Part shown: positions 46,685 through 54,890 of the stretch, piece after piece
Numbering within the stretch: the first letter of the stretch is position 1
Layout of the letters: each line of letters begins with the position of its first letter
DNA from: a virus
Lineage: Duplodnaviria > Caudoviricetes
Length of the DNA: 64,000 nucleotides
Direction: 5' to 3' (one strand)
IMG/VR virus record: IMGVR_UViG_3300032319_000326
Span: 27,734 to 91,733 of that record
Notes under the pieces: model-generated
What the model was told of the DNA's origin: nothing
Databases searched by the model: none
Seen by the model: the letters and a program-made list of their open reading frames with translations, nothing else
Translations under genes and position numbers: made by a program

Positions 46685-48394
46685 ATGAAACAAGTATTGA
46701 TTGATGTAATGCCATTTGAATTTAAGAGATCCGCCTTAAATGAATCGCTTAAGGACGGAAAACTACTAGTTAGTGGTGTATTACAACGTGCTGATGCAAA
46801 AAACCAAAATAATCGACTTTATCCCGAAGATGTACTAAAAAGAGAATCTGAAAAGTACATGCAAAATTTTGTAAAACAACGTCGAGCTATGGGGGAACTA
46901 GATCACCCGGAATGTCACCGAGCTAGTGCTCAAGCATTGACTATTGATGGGTGGAAATATATTGAAGATATTGTTGTTAATGAAAAAATCGCAACTTTAA
47001 ATACAAAAACAAATTCTATAGAATACCAACACGCCTTAAGAGTTATTAATGAACCATATAAAGGTAAAATGATATCTATTAAAGGTAAAAATATAGATTT
47101 ATTGGTTACGCCGAATCATAGGTTTGTCTTAAATACAAGAAATGGTGAATTTATAGAAAAAACTGCGCAAGAAATATTTGAAATTTCAAAGATTAACAAG
47201 TATCCACATTTATCTATTCCGACCGTGGCAGATAATTGGGATGGTATAAAATATGATATTTTCAAAATAGATGCTGTCAAAGTCGAAGATATTGCTAATA
47301 ATCAATCGTTGGATTATACTATCAAACAGACCACCTCTTTAGATTTAAATGCCAGTGCTTGGTTTTCATTTTTAGGTTTTTATTTGGCTGAAGGTCATTG
47401 TGTAGATAGAAATACTTCTACTGGATATGGCATATTTATCACTCAAAACAAAGGTGAAATCGCTGATGAATTCAGAGAAATATTAAAGCAGTTAAGTCCC
47501 GAACTAAAATGGAACGAATGGGACAAAGGAGATGGTGGAACTGTGTTTAACACATCTGACGTGCGGTTATGGACTTATCTTTCCAAATTGGGGAATAAAT
47601 ATAATAAATATATACCTCAAGAAATAAAAGATGCTTCACAAGACCTTCTTCAAAATTTATATGATTGGTATTTAAATGGAGATGGAACAGTTGTGGGGGA
47701 TTATGAAAGATCATCGATATTTTCGGTATCTAAAGAATTAATAGAAGATCTTTATGAAATTATATTAAAACTCGGAATGACCGGGGTTATTAAAGAACAA
47801 GTAACAACCGATGATTATATGTTTGCTGGAAGGTTAATCGAAGCAAAAAATAAAGTTCCGTTATATAGACTATGGATTAAAGAATCTAAAGCTATACATC
47901 TAGATTTTAGATTTATAAAAATAAAAGAAGTTGATTATGACGATAGGGTTTATTGTTTAACAGTTGATAACGGTGTATTTTATTGTAGAGATTTAAACAA
48001 ATGTTTTTGGTCTGGAAATTCATCGGTGGTAAATTTAAAAAATGTCAGTCACAACATTGTAGATATGGGTTGGGATGGTAAAGATTTAGTTGGTACAATA
48101 GAAATTCTTCCTACACCAAGTGGTAATATCTTAAGAGACCTGTTACAATCAGGTATTCTTTTGGGTATCAGTAGTCGTGGATTGGGAAGTGTTAAAAAAG
48201 ATATGCGTGAAAATGCAGATGTTGTACAAGATGACTTTGACTTAATTGCTTTCGACTTCGTAAGCAATCCAAGTACACAAGGAGCTTTTATGTATCCACA
48301 GGGAAAAATCAATGAAAGCGTTGAACAAAAAATAATAGTTAATCCGTATAGTAATGTTGAAAGAATTATTCACAACATTCTATCAGAGTTATAA
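46685..48394 (+). CDS. Prohead protease (T4 gp21-like) with intein; ~200 aa after splicing
   Basis: QRADAKNQNNRLYP, GELDHPE|...|SSVVNLKNVSH, GISSRGLGS, FDFVSNPST. Start reassigned to ATG 46685. Confidence 0.92.
   Translation: MKQVLIDVMPFEFKRSALNESLKDGKLLVSGVLQRADAKNQNNRLYPEDVLKRESEKYMQNFVKQRRAMGELDHPECHRASAQALTIDGWKYIEDIVVNEKIATLNTKTNSIEYQHALRVINEPYKGKMISIKGKNIDLLVTPNHRFVLNTRNGEFIEKTAQEIFEISKINKYPHLSIPTVADNWDGIKYDIFKIDAVKVEDIANNQSLDYTIKQTTSLDLNASAWFSFLGFYLAEGHCVDRNTSTGYGIFITQNKGEIADEFREILKQLSPELKWNEWDKGDGGTVFNTSDVRLWTYLSKLGNKYNKYIPQEIKDASQDLLQNLYDWYLNGDGTVVGDYERSSIFSVSKELIEDLYEIILKLGMTGVIKEQVTTDDYMFAGRLIEAKNKVPLYRLWIKESKAIHLDFRFIKIKEVDYDDRVYCLTVDNGVFYCRDLNKCFWSGNSSVVNLKNVSHNIVDMGWDGKDLVGTIEILPTPSGNILRDLLQSGILLGISSRGLGSVKKDMRENADVVQDDFDLIAFDFVSNPSTQGAFMYPQGKINESVEQKIIVNPYSNVERIIHNILSEL
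46913..48019 (+). mobile_element. Prohead protease intein (369 aa), LAGLIDADG, ends in GN
   Basis: HPE|CHRAS..LTIDGW, VTPNH, FLGFYLAEG, YLNGDG, VYCLTV...WSGN|S. Confidence 0.88.
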
Positions 48395-48473
48395 TTTTAT
48401 AAACACATCAATTTTTTAATTGTTGTGTTTTTTAATAATTCGGTTTATAATTATATACCAAGACAAACGCTGT

Positions 48474-50147
48474 ATGATTAAAAACTGGATAGAGAATAAT
48501 TTAATTTCAAATAAAAAACTTGTATCTAAAAGATGTAAAAAAGAATGGTTTATTAAAAATAAACATATTGATGTGTATAATGAAATCTTATTACAAACTA
48601 ATTTTTTAAATGAATCAACATTTCCGCAAAAAATATGGCATATAGTAAATGAAAAATTTAGTTTGTATAAGTGCAATAATCCTAATTGTAACAATGTACC
48701 TAATTTTTTAACATATACAAGTGGATATTCAAGAACATGTAGTAATGTATGTGCTCAATTTGATCCACAAACTGTAAGCAAAATAAAACAGACCAATTAT
48801 AAAAAATACGGTGTTGAATATGGATTGAGCAATAAAGATATAATTGAAAAACGAAAATTTACATGTGTTAAAAATTATGGAGTTGATAATCCAACCAAAT
48901 CAAAAATTATTTTAGATAAAATTGCAAGTTCAAACAAAGAAAAATATGGTGTTGAATGGATTTTACAAGATCTGCCTAAAAAAGAATTGGGTATGGTTAA
49001 AAAATATGGTGTAAAAAATGCTCAACACAGTGAAGACATAAAACTGAGAACATCGATAACTCGCCGTTCTATATTTTATGATACATTATTTTCTACAGAT
49101 AGATTAAAGAATAAAGTTGTTCCGTTATTTACAAAAGAAGAATATATTATTGGTGGATATTATTCAAATTTTGAATTTATATGTTTAACGTGTAACACTG
49201 AATTTTTTGATTGTTTGGAGGATGGTGATGTTCCTAGATGTACAAACTGTTATAAACATTCTTCGATTTTTGAAGAAGAAGTATTTAATTTTATACAAAG
49301 TTTAGTTACAGTTGATATCATACGAAATGATAAAACTATATTGAACACATTAGAATTGGATGTATATATACCCAAATTAAAATTAGCATTTGAATGTAAT
49401 GGTTTGTATTGGCACGGTGAAATTAATGGTGGTAAAAATAAAAAATATCATATAAATAAAACAGCCGAGTGTAAAAATAAAGGAATACGATTGATTCATA
49501 TATTTGAAGACGAGTGGTTATTTAAAAAAGAAATAGTTAAAAGTAGAATAAAAGATTTGTTAACCAAAACAGAAAATAAAATATTTGCTAGAAAGTGTAT
49601 TATAAAATCGATAAGTTCAAAAGAAAGCAATTTATTTTTAGAAAGTAACCATTTACAAGGAAAAGATAATTCATCTATCAAATACGGATTATATTTTAAT
49701 AACGAATTAGTGTCTTTAATGACATTTGGCAAACTTCGAAGTGCTCTTGGTAATAAAAATATACAGATTGATTGTTGGGAATTGTATAGATTTTGTTCTA
49801 AGTTAAATACAACAATCACAGGCGGAGCTAGCAAATTGTTAAATTACTTTGTTAATAATCACAATCCCCAAAAAATAATAAGTTATGCAGATAAAAGATG
49901 GAGTGTGGGTAATTTGTATGAATCTATAGGATTTAAATTGATTTCCGAAGGAGTTCCTAATTATTGGTACTATGGTCGAGGTAATTCATATAAAAGATAT
50001 CATAGATATGGGTTCGCAAAACATACATTACATACTAAGTTAAATAACTATGATGATAAATTAAGTGAATGGGAAAATATGAAAAACAATGGTTATGATA
50101 GAATTTGGGATTGTGGTAGCATTAAATTTGAATTAATTTTAAATTGA
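48474..50147 (+). CDS. Free-standing homing endonuclease (Hef-like), paralogous to 32909
   Basis: Zn motifs, KYG repeats, ELDVY..LAFECNGLYWH, HIFEDEW, FARKC, GGASKL, SYADKR, GYDRIWDCG. Start reassigned to ATG 48474. Confidence 0.8.
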   Translation: MIKNWIENNLISNKKLVSKRCKKEWFIKNKHIDVYNEILLQTNFLNESTFPQKIWHIVNEKFSLYKCNNPNCNNVPNFLTYTSGYSRTCSNVCAQFDPQTVSKIKQTNYKKYGVEYGLSNKDIIEKRKFTCVKNYGVDNPTKSKIILDKIASSNKEKYGVEWILQDLPKKELGMVKKYGVKNAQHSEDIKLRTSITRRSIFYDTLFSTDRLKNKVVPLFTKEEYIIGGYYSNFEFICLTCNTEFFDCLEDGDVPRCTNCYKHSSIFEEEVFNFIQSLVTVDIIRNDKTILNTLELDVYIPKLKLAFECNGLYWHGEINGGKNKKYHINKTAECKNKGIRLIHIFEDEWLFKKEIVKSRIKDLLTKTENKIFARKCIIKSISSKESNLFLESNHLQGKDNSSIKYGLYFNNELVSLMTFGKLRSALGNKNIQIDCWELYRFCSKLNTTITGGASKLLNYFVNNHNPQKIISYADKRWSVGNLYESIGFKLISEGVPNYWYYGRGNSYKRYHRYGFAKHTLHTKLNNYDDKLSEWENMKNNGYDRIWDCGSIKFELILN

Positions 50148-50172
50148 TGTATATTTATATAGTATATCAGAT

Positions 50173-50601
50173 ATGAAATTAAAACATTTACTAGAAAACT
50201 CTACCGAACACGCATATACTCCTCTCACAGTATATGAAAAGAAAAATATGGTGGAAACGATAAAATCATACAATGAATATCGTAAAGGTTTAAAAGCTGA
50301 TAATGTGTATGAAACCGCCCATAAAATAATGGAAGCTGTTAATTTGGCAGAACGTTATGCTATTAAAGAATGTAACGAATGGATGGAAGCTAAAATGGTA
50401 GAACGTGATATGAAAGAAATCAAACGTGATGCCGCTAAGATGTACGAAGAAGCACAAAAGATGAAAGCTATTGAAAAACAACTTGAAATGTTGTATGAAG
50501 AAGTAGGTCGTCGTTTAGAGAGATACTTCGAAATTGCAGATGTGGTTCGACCAACTGATGTAGTTAATTCTTCACCCACGTCATCGGAATTGAATCAATA
50601 A
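50173..50601 (+). CDS. Conserved head-cluster protein with MKL..LLE N-terminus
   Basis: LYEEVGRRLERYFEI C-terminal motif; TATTTATA at 50152. Confidence 0.6.
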   Translation: MKLKHLLENSTEHAYTPLTVYEKKNMVETIKSYNEYRKGLKADNVYETAHKIMEAVNLAERYAIKECNEWMEAKMVERDMKEIKRDAAKMYEEAQKMKAIEKQLEMLYEEVGRRLERYFEIADVVRPTDVVNSSPTSSELNQ

Positions 50602-51037
50602 ACTCTAACATTTTATTGAACGTTTCAAAAACGTATCGTCTGTTAGCTTCAAGAACATAACCTTCGTCAGTTTTATAGACGAAGGTTTTTATTTTCTCAT
50701 TTTGCATTTTAATAGATGGTACTTCAATTTCACTATACATTTTGTAGTCGTCATCAATCCGAAAGTCCATTTCACCTAACATATCAATTTCTTTGAAATC
50801 CCAACCATTTGGATGATCTATATCTTCTAACTTGTACATTTTGACATCCTCATCAAACTCGTCGTTATTTAAAAAGTTTACTAACTTGGGACTTTTATAA
50901 TTGTTATAATTATTATTCATTGCACGAACATCTGGATTTGAGTACGGAGTTTCATCTCCGGTTCGTTTTATGTTTTTATAATTATCCTTGGGTTGATTCA
51001 TGTGTTTGTTAAAATTTGGATTGAAATTGTATGACAT
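50564..51037 (-). CDS. Hypothetical protein
   Basis: 157-aa ORF in tandem with 51039-51632. Confidence 0.55.
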   Translation of the reverse strand: MSYNFNPNFNKHMNQPKDNYKNIKRTGDETPYSNPDVRAMNNNYNNYKSPKLVNFLNNDEFDEDVKMYKLEDIDHPNGWDFKEIDMLGEMDFRIDDDYKMYSEIEVPSIKMQNEKIKTFVYKTDEGYVLEANRRYVFETFNKMLEFIDSIPMTWVKN

Positions 51038-51038
51038 A

Positions 51039-51632
51039 TTAAATAGATCCTAATGTTGTATTAATACGTTCAATGAAGTCTGCTAATGTTTTAGTTTTTT
51101 CCGCTACATCTTTACTATCAAAACTGTTACTTAATAAGTCTAAAATTTCTTTTTCTTGTGTATCTAAGAATGATCGTTGTATAAAACAAGCATACTTGTA
51201 TGTACCATCGTTAACATCTATTAATTTTTTGAATACAAACTTTTTATTCGTATTATTACTACTTACGTCTGTATAAATTTCGTTATTTATTTTATCGTTC
51301 TTAAATGTAGTTTTTCCAAATCCAGCAAATCCATTCTGTTTATTCTGAAAAGTCTCAAGTTCCTTTTTATCAAACGGTATACCAACTTGTTTCATTAAGT
51401 GTTGTTTGAAACTAACACCTGTTACCTTTTTTATTTTACTCAAACTATATTCGTTTTCTTTTAGTTGTTTAAGAATTTCTTTTAACTTTGTAAAATGCTT
51501 TACGTTACTCGGACTGATGGTACGAGCCATCTTACGAATTTGTGGAGATACTTCTTTAGTTTTAATTTTACCTTTTTGGAAGGCTCTTACGAGTCTAAAA
51601 AGTCTTGCTTGTTTTTCTGATTTAGCAGGCAT
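51039..51632 (-). CDS. Hypothetical protein with DUF3008-like N-terminus
   Basis: MPAKSEKQARLF..V.A.QKG...MAR.IS...VKHF. TATTTATT on the minus strand upstream. Confidence 0.55.
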   Translation of the reverse strand: MPAKSEKQARLFRLVRAFQKGKIKTKEVSPQIRKMARTISPSNVKHFTKLKEILKQLKENEYSLSKIKKVTGVSFKQHLMKQVGIPFDKKELETFQNKQNGFAGFGKTTFKNDKINNEIYTDVSSNNTNKKFVFKKLIDVNDGTYKYACFIQRSFLDTQEKEILDLLSNSFDSKDVAEKTKTLADFIERINTTLGSI

Positions 51633-51787
51633 ATATCAATAAATATAAAATATTTTGATATATTTACGTTTTATATTATATTTATTATTCAAATACATCA
51701 TTCTTTGATGTCATATCATTTTATCTTCTTTGGAGTTCTTCAATAACTCCACAACCAAATAACAATAAGAAAGACAGAAATATAATT

Positions 51788-52861
51788 ATGAGCGATCTAT
51801 TAAAAGAAAGTATTGCGGACGCAAAGGCAGTTCGTGAAACAGCATTAGCAAATGCAAAAACTTTCCTTGAAGAAAACTTTGCTGCAAGCATGAAAGAAAT
51901 GTTCGCAGACAAACTCAAGGAAGAAATGGCCGAAGAAGCCGACTCCAAAGAAGACACAATGGAAGAAACACTTGGATCTTCTAACATCGGTAAAGATGAC
52001 GGTCTTACAGCTAAGACTACAAAACCAGTAAAACCATCAACTGTTGCTAACAAAAACACAACTGCTGCTGGTAAACAAGAATTCGACGCAAAACTTGACG
52101 AAGATGCTGATGTCGAAGAAGGCGCTGAAGTAACAAGTGAAGAGTTGGATGAAATTCTAGCTGAACTTGGAAGTGAAGTGGATGATAGTTCTTCTGATCA
52201 AATGGGAATGGACAGTACTAATACAGAAGAACCAGTTAGCGACGACGTAGATGAAGAAATCAGTCTCGACGAACTTCTTGCTGAATTAGAAGCAGAAGAA
52301 ACATCCCCAGCTCCGACTGTTCCTGTAGCTGCAGCGCCAGTTGCTCCAGTTCCAGCTCCAGTACCAACACCAGTCGTCGGACAAGTTCCTTCTCCTGTAT
52401 CAGAAGAAGATAACGTAACTGCCGATGAAATGGCAGAAGCATTGATTGCTATCAATGAAGAAAACGAATCTCTTAAGCAACATTTATCAGAAGCCTTAAG
52501 TACGGTTAAATTCATGAAGAATGTTCTAGCAGAAACCAACCTATTGAATGCTAAGTTGCTTTATACCAACAAGTTGTTCAAAGGTAAGAGTTTAACCGAA
52601 GATCAAAAACTTAAGATCATTAACACTTTCGACTTGACCAAGAATATTCGTGAAGTCAAGTTGGCATATACAGTTTTAGCCGAATCATTTAATTCCGGTG
52701 TATCAGTTGTCAAGAAAAAAATTAATACAACTGCTCAAACTATCACCGAAGGTTTGGCAAGCAAACAAGTATCATCAACACGGCCCGTGTCTACTATTGT
52801 AGAACCACATGCTGACGAGATGACTTCAAGATTCCAAAAACTCGCAGGAATCAAGAAGTAA
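51788..52861 (+). CDS. Prohead scaffold/core protein (T4 gp22-like)
   Basis: Acidic. LLKESIADAKAVRETA, ETNLLNAKLLY, RFQKLAGI; directly upstream of MCP. Confidence 0.8.
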   Translation: MSDLLKESIADAKAVRETALANAKTFLEENFAASMKEMFADKLKEEMAEEADSKEDTMEETLGSSNIGKDDGLTAKTTKPVKPSTVANKNTTAAGKQEFDAKLDEDADVEEGAEVTSEELDEILAELGSEVDDSSSDQMGMDSTNTEEPVSDDVDEEISLDELLAELEAEETSPAPTVPVAAAPVAPVPAPVPTPVVGQVPSPVSEEDNVTADEMAEALIAINEENESLKQHLSEALSTVKFMKNVLAETNLLNAKLLYTNKLFKGKSLTEDQKLKIINTFDLTKNIREVKLAYTVLAESFNSGVSVVKKKINTTAQTITEGLASKQVSSTRPVSTIVEPHADEMTSRFQKLAGIKK

Positions 52862-52915
52862 AATTAGTTTGCGAGTAAAAAACCTAACAGTAATTAAATA
52901 AAGAAAGATACAAAT

Positions 52916-54745
52916 ATGAGTATGGATATTAAAAGTCTATTGACAAACAATATGAATCCACAGGCCAAATTAATGGCAGAAACACGTGGACTACAAGGCA
53001 AATGGGAAAAGACAGGCCTCCTAGAAGGTTGCAAAGGTGTTGAAAAAGCACACATGTCAATCCTATTAGAAAATCAAGCAAAACAATTGCTAGACGAAGC
53101 AACCACAACTGGTACCTCCACCAGTTCAGAACAATGGGCTGGCGTAGCTCTTCCATTGGTTCGTCGTGTGTTTGCTGAAATCGCTGCGAAGGAATTCGTA
53201 AGCGTTCAACCAATGAATCTACCATCCGGTCTAATCTTCTATCTAGACTTCAAGTATGGTACAAACGCTCCCGGACAAGATTTGCGTAACTTGAACAACG
53301 GTAGTTCTGTAACTACCCGTGGTGGTAAGCAATTGAACGATAGTTTGTTCGGTGGTACAGGTAAGAAGTTGGGTTCAACTGATAGCACAGTACGTGGTCT
53401 ATACGGTCAAGGTGCTTATGCTTATTCAATCCGTCCAGTAAGTAGTTCCGTTGTTACTCTAGCTAAAAGTGCAACCGCAACTTCAATCGGTAACACAATT
53501 CAAACAGCTTCATGGAACGACGTGCAATTTGATGCTGATTTGAGTTCATCCGTAGTAGCTAAGAAGTTGTTCAAAGTAACCTTGAATCACAGCGATAACG
53601 TAACTACTGGTATTGCTGCCAATGGTTATATGTACAACGTTGACTTGAATGCAGTACGTTCATTCAACTTAATCTCAGGTTCAACCACTCCAACATCTCT
53701 AAGAAGTAATGGTTTGGTATTGAATACATATTCTAGAGCAATTAATACTGGTAGTTTAAATACACCATTCTATCAATCAGTATATATCATATCTGCTTCT
53801 AACAGTGCATTGGGTGGTGTAGCAAGTAAGGTTAAATTGGTCTATAGTTTACAACCTACCGATAACCTACGTGGTGACTTTGAAGCTGGTAAGACAGCTG
53901 GTGAAGGTTCTGGTCAACAAGGTAACGTTGCTACACAAAGCATCGATACTGATATTAGTATCCCAGAAGTTAACTTGGTACTAAACAGCGAACCAATCGT
54001 TGCTAAGACCCGTAAGTTGAAGGCAGTCTGGACCCCAGAATTGGCTCAAGACTTGAACGCATATCATTCTATCGATGCAGAAGCAGAATTGACTGCTCTA
54101 TTGAGTGAATATGTATCTATGGAAATTGATCTTGAAATCCTAGACATGTTGAACGAATCCGTTGAAGGTATAACAACCGAAGCTTGGTCCGCCCAAATCG
54201 GTGTTGAATTCAGCAAGACATTGAATGCAAATACTGGTGAAGCATTCTTCACACGTAATGCAAACAGTTCACCAAATCGTACTGCTTACGTAAAGAGCAC
54301 TTGGTTCCAAACTCTTGGTAACAAGATTCAAAAGGTATCTAACACAATCCAAAAATTGACCCTACGTGGTGGTGCTAACTTCTTGGTCGTAAGTCCAGAC
54401 GTAGCAACCATCTTGGAATCAATCCCAGGATATGTAGTAAACACCGACGGTGACAGTGCTAAGTTCGCAATGGGTGTTGCAAGAGTTGGTAGCTTCGCAA
54501 GTCGCTTCCAAGTTTACAAGAACCCATATATGACCGATAATATCGTATTGGTTGGTTTCCGTGGAAATAACTTCCTAGAAACAGGCGCAGTGTATGCTCC
54601 ATACATCCCACTAATCCAAACTCCATTGGTCTATGATCCAGTGAACTTCACTCCACGTAGAGGTGTAATGACCCGCTACGCTAAGAAAGTCGTACGCCCT
54701 GAATTCTATGGAAAAGTTATTATCGGTGATCTCGATACCGTATAA
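52916..54745 (+). CDS. Major capsid protein (T4 gp23-like)
   Basis: LPLVRR, VQPMNLPSGLIF, AKTRKLKA.WTPELAQDL, EIDLEI, YAPYIPL, GVMTRY. Confidence 0.97.
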   Translation: MSMDIKSLLTNNMNPQAKLMAETRGLQGKWEKTGLLEGCKGVEKAHMSILLENQAKQLLDEATTTGTSTSSEQWAGVALPLVRRVFAEIAAKEFVSVQPMNLPSGLIFYLDFKYGTNAPGQDLRNLNNGSSVTTRGGKQLNDSLFGGTGKKLGSTDSTVRGLYGQGAYAYSIRPVSSSVVTLAKSATATSIGNTIQTASWNDVQFDADLSSSVVAKKLFKVTLNHSDNVTTGIAANGYMYNVDLNAVRSFNLISGSTTPTSLRSNGLVLNTYSRAINTGSLNTPFYQSVYIISASNSALGGVASKVKLVYSLQPTDNLRGDFEAGKTAGEGSGQQGNVATQSIDTDISIPEVNLVLNSEPIVAKTRKLKAVWTPELAQDLNAYHSIDAEAELTALLSEYVSMEIDLEILDMLNESVEGITTEAWSAQIGVEFSKTLNANTGEAFFTRNANSSPNRTAYVKSTWFQTLGNKIQKVSNTIQKLTLRGGANFLVVSPDVATILESIPGYVVNTDGDSAKFAMGVARVGSFASRFQVYKNPYMTDNIVLVGFRGNNFLETGAVYAPYIPLIQTPLVYDPVNFTPRRGVMTRYAKKVVRPEFYGKVIIGDLDTV

Positions 54746-54774
54746 TATTTGATTTAAAACCTCAATAAACACAG

Positions 54775-54802
54775 GGCTTTCATGAAAATGAAAGCCTTTT
54801 TT
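54775..54802 (+). terminator. Intrinsic terminator after MCP
   Basis: GGCTTTCAT-GAAA-ATGAAAGCC-TTTTTT. Confidence 0.9.
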
Positions 54803-54890
54803 ATTATATACACGATTAGTTTCAAAAAAATTACAACGGTCTCTAGGAAATTAGTTGTATTTTTGTTATAGTATTATATACTTATTGTAT

